Positions 1-9,113 of a stretch of DNA of 64,000 bases are shown here, piece by piece. Position 1 is the stretch's first letter. Each line of letters starts with the position of its first letter. A program made the position numbers and the translations under genes. Below the pieces are notes generated by a model. It searched no databases, was not told the DNA's origin, and saw only the letters and a program-made list of their open reading frames with translations. This DNA comes from a virus, in IMG/VR virus record IMGVR_UViG_3300030333_008604, positions 32,001 through 96,000 of that record. One strand, given 5' to 3'.

Positions 1-1
1 C

Positions 2-550
2 GTCGAGCTTCGAAAAAGCCTAGTGCAAGACATGCGCGCCCAGGGCCGCGACTTAGTAGGGCACATTTTACCAGCAGTTAAAGATCATTTTAAAACTTTT
101 GAAGTTATCTCTGCAGAAGAGGAGCTTTACGAAGCCCTCGACGGCATAGATTTTAATTACAAAGGGTTTATCGATCTAGTATTGAAAACACCTGATGGCA
201 AGTATCATGTAATCGATTGGAAGACCTGTTCTTGGGGTTGGGATTCGAAAAGAAAAAACGATAGGATGACAGGCTATCAGTTAACATTTTATAAACATTT
301 TTTTGCACTCAAGCATGAGATCGACCCGGGTCAAATAGAAACTCACTTTGCCTTATTAAAAAGGACTGCAAAGAAGAACAAGGTTGAGATTTTTAAAATC
401 ACCTCTGGTCAAAAGAAAACAGAAAATGCCCTTAACTTACTAAAAAGAGCGCTGTATAATATACAAAATAAGAGATTTTTTAAGAATCGCTTGGCTTGCC
501 AAAGCCCATGGGGCATGTGCGAATTTTATAAGACTAAACATTGTAGGTAA
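2..550 (+). CDS. PD-(D/E)XK nuclease, Cas4/RecB-like (5'-truncated by window edge)
   Basis: Frame is open from base 2. Motifs GFIDLV...IDWKT and QLTFY; C-terminal Cys cluster CQSPWGMCEFYKTKHC resembles the Fe-S ligands of Cas4/AddB-type nucleases. Confidence 0.85.
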   Translation, partial: VELRKSLVQDMRAQGRDLVGHILPAVKDHFKTFEVISAEEELYEALDGIDFNYKGFIDLVLKTPDGKYHVIDWKTCSWGWDSKRKNDRMTGYQLTFYKHFFALKHEIDPGQIETHFALLKRTAKKNKVEIFKITSGQKKTENALNLLKRALYNIQNKRFFKNRLACQSPWGMCEFYKTKHCR

Positions 551-552
551 AG

Positions 553-1821
553 ATGAGCAAAAAAATTAAGGTTTTCGCAATTGCGGACCACCCCTTTTCT
601 CCATCTGGCGTAGGAACACAGACTCGCTACATGATTGAAAGTTTACTTTCAACTGGAGATTACACGTTCAGGTGCTTCGGCGGCGCGATAAAGCATAAAA
701 GCTATGAGCCAGTAAGAACGAAAGAACACGGAGAAGACTTAATTGTTTATCCTGTTGATGGGTACGGAACACCTGATGCTGTTCGCTCTGTTATAAGAAC
801 AGAACGACCGGATATTTTGTGGTTTATGACTGACCCTAGATTTTTTCCTTGGCTATGGGAAATGGAGGATGAAGTTAGATCTCTGATGCCTATGGTTTAT
901 TATCACGTTTGGGATAATTATCCATATCCAGACTTTAATGAAAAGTGGTATTCATCTACAGATGTTGTTGGGTGTATTTCTAAAGTTACTCACGACATAG
1001 TCAAGACAGTCGCTCCAAACGTAGAGAGTTTTTATTTACCACATGCTATTGACGATAAGGTTTTTAAGCCTCTCGCCGCTGACGAGATTAAAAACTTCAA
1101 GGCTCAGGCGTTTGATGATGGAGAAAAATTTACTGTCTTTTGGAATAACCGGAACGCAAGAAGAAAGCAGCCAGGTAGTTTAATTTTTTGGTTTAAAGAA
1201 TTCTTAGATATCGTTGGTCACGACAAAGCTAGATTGTTAATGCATACAGATCCAAACGACCCTAACGGACCAAATTTAGTTTCTGTTATCGAGAATCTTG
1301 AGCTTAACGATGGCCAAGTCAAGTTTTCAACTCACAAAGTTGATTTTGAGCAAATGTCGGTATTGTATAATATATCAGACGTCACCGTAAATATTTCAGA
1401 TGCTGAAGGATTTGGTCTCTCTACGCTTGAGTCGCTGTCGTGCGGCACCCCTATCATAGTTAATATGACCGGAGGCCTCCAAGAGCAAGTTACAGATGGT
1501 GAAGATTGGTTTGGCATCGGCATTGAGCCAGCATCAAAATGTGTGATTGGCTCGCAAGACATACCCTACATTTATGAAGATAGGATCTCTGGTAAAGATT
1601 TTGTTGATGCCTTGCTTAAGATTTATAATATGTCCGCGGACGAGCGCCACGAGCTTGGTTTAAAAGGTCGCAATCATGTTGAAAAGAATTATAATTTTGG
1701 CCGTTATTGCAAAAGCTGGGATGCTATTCTTAAGGACATTAACGAAAGGCATGGCTCATGGGAAACTAGAAAAAACTATGAGACGTGGCATATTAAGGAG
1801 ATAAAAAATGAACGAGACTGA
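553..1821 (+). CDS. Glycosyltransferase, GT4 family (GT-B fold)
   Basis: N-terminal PSGVGTQ loop, NRNARRK, and E-x7-E signature EGFGLSTLES, followed by GTPIIVNMTGGLQE. Confidence 0.9.
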   Translation: MSKKIKVFAIADHPFSPSGVGTQTRYMIESLLSTGDYTFRCFGGAIKHKSYEPVRTKEHGEDLIVYPVDGYGTPDAVRSVIRTERPDILWFMTDPRFFPWLWEMEDEVRSLMPMVYYHVWDNYPYPDFNEKWYSSTDVVGCISKVTHDIVKTVAPNVESFYLPHAIDDKVFKPLAADEIKNFKAQAFDDGEKFTVFWNNRNARRKQPGSLIFWFKEFLDIVGHDKARLLMHTDPNDPNGPNLVSVIENLELNDGQVKFSTHKVDFEQMSVLYNISDVTVNISDAEGFGLSTLESLSCGTPIIVNMTGGLQEQVTDGEDWFGIGIEPASKCVIGSQDIPYIYEDRISGKDFVDALLKIYNMSADERHELGLKGRNHVEKNYNFGRYCKSWDAILKDINERHGSWETRKNYETWHIKEIKNERD

Positions 1822-2110
1822 TACTCCCACTGAGGGTGTAAGAACTTTTGGCCATCTTGATTTTAGCCAAGTGCGAGTACATGATGCCATTGGACAATAT
1901 TTATCTGATCAACTCCGCAGGGATGAGGAGATGCAAGGAGACCTGAAAGACGCTATCGATTCTGATGATAGGGCAGTGTTTTTCACATTTGTATGGCACC
2001 CGGGAATAGAAGACACTTTTCTAAGGGTGTTCGTGCAGGATAAGCCTCTGACAGAGAATGACATTATACTTGAGGAAGAAAATGAAGCAAAGACAGAGAG
2101 TACTGGTTAA
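1808..2110 (+). CDS. Hypothetical acidic protein (100 aa)
   Basis: AAGGAG at 1795-1800 precedes the ATG; the ORF fills the gap between two GT genes and overlaps both; no recognisable motif. Confidence 0.65.
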   Translation: MNETDTPTEGVRTFGHLDFSQVRVHDAIGQYLSDQLRRDEEMQGDLKDAIDSDDRAVFFTFVWHPGIEDTFLRVFVQDKPLTENDIILEEENEAKTESTG

Positions 2111-4100
2111 GGCTCCTATATTAACTCAATCTGGCTACGGAGAACATGGTCGATTGGTTCTTCGAGCACTAAGATCACAAGAAAATATATTTGATATTTA
2201 CCTTCATGCGCTAGAGTGGGGACACACGTCCTGGCATTGGGAAGATACAGAAGAGCGAGCATGGATTGATGGTCTTTTACAAAAGACTATTCATTATCTT
2301 CACAACGGCGGTCAGTTCGACATGTCGTTGCAGGTCACCATTCCAGGAGAATGGGAGAAGATTGCACCTATTAATATAGGTGTCACTGCTGGCATTGAGA
2401 CGGATCTATGCTCAGCAGAATGGCTGTCTAAAACTGGTGTTGTGGACAAAATTATAACCATTTCTGAACATGCAAGAGATGTTTTTCTAAACTCGCTGCA
2501 TACTGTTTCCGACCCAGAAACTGGCATGCCAGTAGAACTTAAGTGTGAAGCTCCGGTTGATATTGTTCACTACCCAGTTCGACAATTTGATCCGGGAGAG
2601 ATAGACCTAAACTTAACTACTGATTTTAATTTTCTTTCTATTGTTCAGTGGGGCCCAAGAAAGAATATAGAAAATATGGTTTCTTGGTTTGTCGATGCAT
2701 TTAAAAATAGAGAAAATGTTGGTTTGATATTGAAAACCAATCTTGCTAAAAATTGTCTCTTAGATCGTCGTACTGTCACCAATAAGTTGCAAAATCTATT
2801 AAACAAGTTTCCGGATAGAAAATGTAAAGTATACTTGCTGCACGGTTATCTTAAAGATGAAGAAATGAGCGCTCTATACCAACACGACAAAGTGAAAGCC
2901 CTTATAAGCTTGACTCACGGCGAAGGTTTTGGTCTTCCAATGTTTGAGGCTGCATATTATGGACTTCCAATTGTTGCTACAGATTGGAGCGGGCAAAAGG
3001 ATTTTCTTTACATGCCCGTTGCAGATAAGAAAGGCAAGATCAAGAACAAGGCAATGTTTTCTAGGGTGGATTTTACTTTAGAAAAAGTGCAACAACACGC
3101 TGTCTGGGCTGGCGTTGTAGAAGCAGAGTCTAAGTGGGCATTCCCTAAAGAAACATCGTTTAAAAAGAATATAAAGCAAATCTGCGATGACCATGGCCGC
3201 CATGTCAAGCGCGCTAAAGATCTTCAGAAACATTTATGCGAAAACTTTTCTGAGGCGAAGCAATATAGCAAGTTTGTAAATTACGTCCTGGGTCGTCGCG
3301 ACATTGCTCCTGAGCCTGTCACTGGCATATCTTTCTGTATCTCAACGAATGGCGCCAAACTTGAGAAAACACAGCGGACTGTTAATTCAATACACAAGAC
3401 GATGAGTGCAGCAACTGTACCTTATGAGATTATAGTCGCGGGACCCGCAGACATACTCAAGAAGGATAAAAAAGTTACATATGTCGAGGCAAAACAGCAA
3501 GCTGATTCAGGTCAGCTAGCCTTGCTTCGCAACATGGCTGCGGAAAAGTCAAACAAAAAGAATAATGTTATTGTCTTTGCTGATGATGACTTAATTTTTG
3601 ATAAAAACTGGGCCCCTCGCTTGCAAGACTATTCAAAAAGCACTGGCTGGGAAGTTTTAGGAAATAGAATCTTATTACCTGACGGTGGTCGTTATTGGGA
3701 CCGTGCAACTGCAAAACCCCATGTTATGATTGGCTACGATGACTATGCCTTCCCAGGTCAAGCCCAATATCAGACCGGATGCTTCTGGATTATAAGATCT
3801 GATGTGTTCGCGAAAGAACAGTGGGATTCTAAAATTGAATTTTATGCTGAAAAGAATGGAGGCATAAACGAAGATGTAGAGTACTCTTTGCGTTTGCAAA
3901 GGCAAGGCGTGGCGTTGTCCTTTGATAAGGAAAACTTAGTCTGGCATGATGACGACTCCTATGTTGAGTGCTTTAAAGATAATCCTTTTGTACCCGGCTC
4001 AGCATGTCTTAAAAAAGATTATCTCGCTGAAGAGTATGAGCTTGAGTTTTTTCCGTCTGAATGTGCGGACTTCCTAAAGGCAAAAGAGGCTGCAAGATGA
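2082..4100 (+). CDS. Bifunctional glycosyltransferase: N-terminal GT4 + C-terminal GT2-like domain
   Basis: Start moved to ATG 2082 (GAGGA at 2072-2076). GT4 part has QSGYGEH, RKNI, EGFGLPMFEAA. GT-A part has ISFCIST, LRNMAAE, VFADDD (DxD) and NEDVEYSLRL. Confidence 0.88.
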   Translation: MKQRQRVLVKAPILTQSGYGEHGRLVLRALRSQENIFDIYLHALEWGHTSWHWEDTEERAWIDGLLQKTIHYLHNGGQFDMSLQVTIPGEWEKIAPINIGVTAGIETDLCSAEWLSKTGVVDKIITISEHARDVFLNSLHTVSDPETGMPVELKCEAPVDIVHYPVRQFDPGEIDLNLTTDFNFLSIVQWGPRKNIENMVSWFVDAFKNRENVGLILKTNLAKNCLLDRRTVTNKLQNLLNKFPDRKCKVYLLHGYLKDEEMSALYQHDKVKALISLTHGEGFGLPMFEAAYYGLPIVATDWSGQKDFLYMPVADKKGKIKNKAMFSRVDFTLEKVQQHAVWAGVVEAESKWAFPKETSFKKNIKQICDDHGRHVKRAKDLQKHLCENFSEAKQYSKFVNYVLGRRDIAPEPVTGISFCISTNGAKLEKTQRTVNSIHKTMSAATVPYEIIVAGPADILKKDKKVTYVEAKQQADSGQLALLRNMAAEKSNKKNNVIVFADDDLIFDKNWAPRLQDYSKSTGWEVLGNRILLPDGGRYWDRATAKPHVMIGYDDYAFPGQAQYQTGCFWIIRSDVFAKEQWDSKIEFYAEKNGGINEDVEYSLRLQRQGVALSFDKENLVWHDDDSYVECFKDNPFVPGSACLKKDYLAEEYELEFFPSECADFLKAKEAAR

Positions 4101-4849
4101 AAAATAATCATTTTAAAATTGTTACGCCAATGTACAACGTAGAAGATTGGATTGCGCTGACTATTAAAACAGTGCTGGCGCAAGATTACACCAATTATGA
4201 ATGGATTTTGGTTGACGACATGTCTACGGACAACACTGTTGAGATAGTCGAAGAACTAACAAAGGATATTTCTAATATTCGCTTGATTGTAAACAAAGAA
4301 AAGAAGTTTGCTCTTAGAAATATTTGCGATGCTACAGCTGCTTGCAATCCAAAACCTAACGATATAATCGTAAATTTAGATGGAGATGATTGGCTTCCAA
4401 ATTCCAGGGTACTGTCTTATTTAAATGAAGTTTATCAGGATGACGATGTTTGGTTGACTTATGGTAATCACGTAAACTGGCCAGATATTGAAAATCAACC
4501 TTTTCCAATTTTTCAATATCCAGAGTATGTTGTTAAAGAAAACAGCTATAGAAATTTTAGATTTTTAGCTAGCCACATGCGCGCATACAGACATGCTTTG
4601 TGGGCTAAAGTAAAACAAGAGGATCTTCTTGGAGAAGATGGTAAGCATTGGCAGACTGCATGGGATCTTGCTTACATGATACCGATGTGCGAAATGGCTG
4701 GCCCAAAAGCAAAATTTTTAAGTAAACATCTGTATGTCTACAACAACACCAACCCTCTAAACGATTATAAGATTTATACTGAATTGCAACAGAAACAAGA
4801 GATGGAAATACGAACAGGCAAGGCTTACGAGCGCATAGAGGAACTGTAA
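4097..4849 (+). CDS. Glycosyltransferase, GT2 family
   Basis: IVTPMYN, WILVDDMSTD, NLDGDDW motifs; ATGA overlap with the upstream stop supports start 4097. Confidence 0.9.
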   Translation: MKNNHFKIVTPMYNVEDWIALTIKTVLAQDYTNYEWILVDDMSTDNTVEIVEELTKDISNIRLIVNKEKKFALRNICDATAACNPKPNDIIVNLDGDDWLPNSRVLSYLNEVYQDDDVWLTYGNHVNWPDIENQPFPIFQYPEYVVKENSYRNFRFLASHMRAYRHALWAKVKQEDLLGEDGKHWQTAWDLAYMIPMCEMAGPKAKFLSKHLYVYNNTNPLNDYKIYTELQQKQEMEIRTGKAYERIEEL

Positions 4850-5715
4850 TGAGATTCATAACACAATTAAACCTAGGGCAGAACGGTCGCCTAGGAAATC
4901 AAATGTTTCAATACGCAGCAATGAAATGTCTTTCACTGCATAAGACTGTTCCTGTCCTTTTGCCGGCCGGCACACATAGGCTAAGAATTTTTAGAGTAAA
5001 TACTTACAACCTGCCGCCAAATGAGATAGTCAACATCTTTAATGAAAATCGTCCAATTGTTTACAATGAGCCACATTTTCATTATGATGAAAACTTTTTT
5101 AAGATTCCGGCGCACTTGCAGAATACAAATTTAAATGGTTTCTTCCAGTCGGAGAAATATTTTAAGGATATTGAGCACATTCTCAAGCGAGAGTTTCAAT
5201 TAGTTAACCACCGTATTGTTGATTCTGTCAAAGAAACAATAAAGAACTTAAAAGCTGATCATCCTGGAAAATCCGTTGTGGCCTACCACATTCGCCGCGG
5301 CGATAATGTTCCCGCAGAAGAAAACCAGGTCGGCGACGACGGCTCACAGTGGAGAACCAACAAACAAGATTACCACCCTCTCTTGAGTCAAGAATATATT
5401 GACCATTCATTGAATGAGTTTAAAGATGAAGTTAAGCTGGTGTTTTCTGATTCGCAAAAAGATATCGAGTGGTGCAAAGAAAACATGCAGGCAGAAAATA
5501 TTTATTTTGTTGGCGGCGCCGACGATGTTTATGATTTCGAGTTTATGAAGCAATGCGACCATAATGTTATTTCAAATAGTAGCTTTTCTTGGTGGGCAGC
5601 TTGGTTAAATGAAAACAGAGATAAGAGAGTTATCGCCCCTTCAAAATGGTTTGGAAAAGTTTATAAAGATCATGATACAAAAGACCTTCTCCCGGAGGCC
5701 TGGGAGACATTTTGA
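4849..5715 (+). CDS. GT11 alpha-1,2-fucosyltransferase-family protein (copy 1)
   Basis: GRLGNQMFQYA, GFFQSEKYF, HIRRGD, VFSD, NSSFSWWAAWL. Confidence 0.92.
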   Translation: MRFITQLNLGQNGRLGNQMFQYAAMKCLSLHKTVPVLLPAGTHRLRIFRVNTYNLPPNEIVNIFNENRPIVYNEPHFHYDENFFKIPAHLQNTNLNGFFQSEKYFKDIEHILKREFQLVNHRIVDSVKETIKNLKADHPGKSVVAYHIRRGDNVPAEENQVGDDGSQWRTNKQDYHPLLSQEYIDHSLNEFKDEVKLVFSDSQKDIEWCKENMQAENIYFVGGADDVYDFEFMKQCDHNVISNSSFSWWAAWLNENRDKRVIAPSKWFGKVYKDHDTKDLLPEAWETF

Positions 5716-6554
5716 TAACTTACTTTAGGATTGGACAAAATGGTCGCTTGGGAAATCAGATGTTTCAATATGCCACGCTGCTGTCTGTTGCCCTAAAAAA
5801 CGATTATCAGCACGTTGTTCCAGCATCTTCTGTCGATAGAACATATTCAGCGTATTATAACGCATTAACTCAAAAAAGAGAGTTGAGCGGCTTCGAATTG
5901 TTTGATTGCTTTGAGATTGAATGTGATTTGGTTAACGATATAGAGCTAGCTCGCAATATACGTTTTTCTTATCAGGAGATTGGTAACGAGTTTTCGAATC
6001 AAGTCTTTAAAATACCTGATTTTTCTAACATAGACGGTTATTTTCAGTCAGAGAAATATTTTGCTGATCATGAGCTTGAGATAAGAAAACAGTTTGTATT
6101 TAAAGAGGAGATTCTTGATCCGGCGCGCGAGTATGTAAAGGCCTTACGAGGACAACCTTTGGTCTCTTTGCATGTGCGACGTGGTGATTATTTAGCTCTT
6201 CAGGCCGCTCATCCTCTTTGTACGATGGATTATTATCAAGCCGCTATTTCGGAAATAGAAGAAATTTTAGGTAATGTTAAAGTTTTAGTTATTTCAGATG
6301 ATATTCAGTGGTGCAAGCAAAATTTTATTGGAGAAAAGTACATTTTTTCTGAAAATTGCAACGACAAGGAAGACCTAGCAAGGATGTCCTTGTGCAACCA
6401 TAATATAATTGCAAACAGTTCTTTTAGCTGGTGGGGTGCTTGGTTAAATAATCACAAAAACAAGCTTGTGTACGCTCCTAAAAACTGGTTTGGTCCTAAA
6501 TTTGCAAATCATTCTTTAAAAGATTTATTTCCAAAAACATGGAGAGTTTTATGA
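5712..6554 (+). CDS. GT11 alpha-1,2-fucosyltransferase-family protein (copy 2)
   Basis: GRLGNQMFQYA, GYFQSEKYF, HVRRGDY, ISDD, NSSFSWWGAWL; TTG start in a TTGA overlap. Confidence 0.92.
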   Translation: MITYFRIGQNGRLGNQMFQYATLLSVALKNDYQHVVPASSVDRTYSAYYNALTQKRELSGFELFDCFEIECDLVNDIELARNIRFSYQEIGNEFSNQVFKIPDFSNIDGYFQSEKYFADHELEIRKQFVFKEEILDPAREYVKALRGQPLVSLHVRRGDYLALQAAHPLCTMDYYQAAISEIEEILGNVKVLVISDDIQWCKQNFIGEKYIFSENCNDKEDLARMSLCNHNIIANSSFSWWGAWLNNHKNKLVYAPKNWFGPKFANHSLKDLFPKTWRVL

Positions 6555-7651
6555 AAAATCTATCAGTTGTGGGTATCGGACGCTTGGGTTTGTGTTTCGC
6601 ACTTACTTTGGAAAAAGCTGGATTTAACGTTGTCGGTGTCGATATTGATGAGCAATATGTAAACTTGATTAACGAAAAAATGCTAACTTCGCCTGAACCG
6701 GATGTTGAAAAATTCTTAAAAGAAAGTAGCAACTTTGTCGCGACGACAAGCTTGGTCTCAGCGCTTGATCATTCCGATTTTATATATGTTGTGGTCGCGA
6801 CGCCCTCTCTGCAAGATGGACATTATGACCATTCTCAGATAGATAATTTAGTTGAAAAAATACAGGTCCTCGGCCCTAGAAAAAATACAAAAAACCTTGT
6901 TATTTGCTGTACAACGATGCCAGAATACTGTGATCAAGTTGCAGATAAGTTGAAAAATTATGACTATACTGTTAGCTACAACCCAGAGTTTATAGCTCAA
7001 GGTACAATATTGCGAGATCAAGCGTCTCCTGATATGGTTTTGATTGGTGAGGCCAACGAAGAAGTAGGAAAAGAAATCGCAAGTCATTATATTCAGATGA
7101 CCAACAACGTACCAAAAATTTGTAGAATGAGTCGCACCGAGGCTGAAATAACCAAGATATCCTTAAACTCATTTTTGACAACAAAGATCACTTTTGCGAA
7201 CATGGTGGGTGACGTAGTGAAGCGTGCAGGCTATGAGCCTGATCGTGTCTTGGCTGCAATCGGTTCAGACAGTCGAGTTGGTAATAAATATTTGCGCCAT
7301 GGCTATGGTTATGGTGGCCCATGCTTCCCACGCGACAATCGCGCTTTTTCTGCGTATGCCAAGTCGCGATATATTTTTCCTTTGCTTCCATCGGCTGTTG
7401 ACGATTACAATAGTTTGCATCTTACGTACCAAGTTGAAGATTTTGCAGAAAAAAATTCTAAAGATGAGCCGGTAGTACTAACACAACTAGCCTATAAGCC
7501 TGGCACTACAATTCTTGAAGAGTCTCAACAATTAAGATTTGCTGTCCATTTGGCGCGCCGTGGCTATAATGTTATTATTAGAGAAGATCCGCGAGTAATA
7601 GAAAAGATCAAGAATGTGCACGGGATGCTTTTTGAATACGAGGAACGATAA
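6551..7651 (+). CDS. ugd: UDP-glucose/GDP-mannose 6-dehydrogenase family protein
   Basis: Rossmann GIGRLG, YNPEF, catalytic GYGYGGPCFPRD, LAYKPGT; short C-terminal domain; start at ATGA overlap 6551. Confidence 0.88.
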   Translation: MKNLSVVGIGRLGLCFALTLEKAGFNVVGVDIDEQYVNLINEKMLTSPEPDVEKFLKESSNFVATTSLVSALDHSDFIYVVVATPSLQDGHYDHSQIDNLVEKIQVLGPRKNTKNLVICCTTMPEYCDQVADKLKNYDYTVSYNPEFIAQGTILRDQASPDMVLIGEANEEVGKEIASHYIQMTNNVPKICRMSRTEAEITKISLNSFLTTKITFANMVGDVVKRAGYEPDRVLAAIGSDSRVGNKYLRHGYGYGGPCFPRDNRAFSAYAKSRYIFPLLPSAVDDYNSLHLTYQVEDFAEKNSKDEPVVLTQLAYKPGTTILEESQQLRFAVHLARRGYNVIIREDPRVIEKIKNVHGMLFEYEER

Positions 7652-8427
7652 TGATTAGCGAGAAAATTATCTTTATTACAGAGTGGCTAAAACAGCAAGT
7701 CAAAGGGGCGGGATGTCAAGGATTTGTTGTTGGCGTCTCGGGCGGCGTAGACTCAGCAGTGGCCTCTACTTTGGCCTCATTAACAACTTTTCCTGTAGCG
7801 GTTGTTAGTTTGCCAATAAATCAAGACTCGGCACAACTGAAGAGAGCACAAGGGCACATAGAGCATTTAAAAGAAAAATTTGTTAATGTAAAATCTTTTG
7901 AAGTTGATCTAAGCAATGTGAGTTCTGCATTCGAGGCCTCGCTGCCGTCCGCTGCAGGCTCAGACCTTGCAAAGGCTAATCTCAAGTCCAGGCTCAGAAT
8001 GTGTGCTCTATATGCCTTTGCTAATTCTAATAATTTTTTGGTTGTCGGAACAGGTAACAAAGTAGAAGACTATGGAATAGGTTTTTTTACAAAATATGGC
8101 GACGGTGGTGTGGATCTTTGTCCGATTGCAGATTTATTAAAATCAGAAGTCTATGAGCTTGCTCGAACGCTTGAAGTGAGCGAAGAAATTTTAAGAGCAG
8201 CCCCCGTCGACGGCTTATGGGGGGACAATCGCACGGACGAAAGTCAAATTGGTGCTTCCTATGAGGAACTTGAGTGGGCTATGAACTTTGTTTCTAGTGC
8301 TCAAAACCGGCAAGGCTTGACTAAAAGACAACGCGACGTCCTGGAAATCTATAAATTTAGACATGTGCGAGCTGCGCACAAATTGAAGGCACCTCCCGTG
8401 TGTCACGTACCTTCGGAGTTTTCCTAG
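7651..8427 (+). CDS. nadE: NH3-dependent NAD+ synthetase
   Basis: PP-loop SGGVDS, NLKSRLRM, GTGNKVE, GFFTKYGDGGVD, PIADLLKSEV, DGLW...TDE; no glutaminase domain. Confidence 0.93.
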   Translation: MISEKIIFITEWLKQQVKGAGCQGFVVGVSGGVDSAVASTLASLTTFPVAVVSLPINQDSAQLKRAQGHIEHLKEKFVNVKSFEVDLSNVSSAFEASLPSAAGSDLAKANLKSRLRMCALYAFANSNNFLVVGTGNKVEDYGIGFFTKYGDGGVDLCPIADLLKSEVYELARTLEVSEEILRAAPVDGLWGDNRTDESQIGASYEELEWAMNFVSSAQNRQGLTKRQRDVLEIYKFRHVRAAHKLKAPPVCHVPSEFS

Positions 8428-9113
8428 TGTCTGGCTTTCATTTTGTTACATTTGCCGATAAAAAATACAAACTTCAGCAATTTAATTTATGTCTTTACGC
8501 AAAGGAGTTGAATCAGTTTGAGACTGTTTCTGATTATTCAAAAGAGAGTGACTTGATAAAGACTAGTTTTTATAACGAAAACAAAGAAATATTTGATCAA
8601 GAGAGGGGTTGTGGATATTGGCTTTGGAAGCCATTCTATATTTTAAAAAAACTAGAAGAGATTGATGATGGCGATATAGTTTTTTATGCTGACTGTGCTG
8701 ATGTTTTTATGCCGCAGCTTATACCTTTTTTAAGGGGAGAATTCGATACTTGTGATGTAATCTTGCTTCAAGGCGCCTATAAAAATAAAGATTGGACTAA
8801 GAGGGATTGTTTTGTGATGATGGACTGCGATAGCGAAGAATACTGGGACCACAATCAACTCGAAGCTGGTATTGGTTTTTTTAAAAAGACAGCAAAAACA
8901 ATAGAAGTTGTCAATGAGTGGCTTGAGTATTGCAAAAATCCGCATATTTTAACTGATGCACCAAACCAATCCGGATATCATAATTTTCCAAGCTTTCAAG
9001 ATCATCGTCATGATCAAAGCATTTTGACAAATATCGCGATTAAGCATAATTTAAGAATAGAAAATGAACTGATAAGGCAGTTTATAAACTGTAACGTTAA
9101 CGAGGCATTATGA
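8427..9113 (+). CDS. Putative nucleotide-sugar transferase (GT-A-like, unclassified)
   Basis: RGCGYWLWKP, VFYADCAD (DxD-like), DHRHDQSIL, in a GT operon. GTG start at 8427 overlaps the nadE stop, with GGAG at 8415-8418. Confidence 0.6.
   Translation: MSGFHFVTFADKKYKLQQFNLCLYAKELNQFETVSDYSKESDLIKTSFYNENKEIFDQERGCGYWLWKPFYILKKLEEIDDGDIVFYADCADVFMPQLIPFLRGEFDTCDVILLQGAYKNKDWTKRDCFVMMDCDSEEYWDHNQLEAGIGFFKKTAKTIEVVNEWLEYCKNPHILTDAPNQSGYHNFPSFQDHRHDQSILTNIAIKHNLRIENELIRQFINCNVNEAL

Noticed and set aside
1-600. CRISPR-Cas locus suggested by the Cas4-like gene
   Set aside because: No repeat-spacer array or other cas gene seen anywhere in the window.
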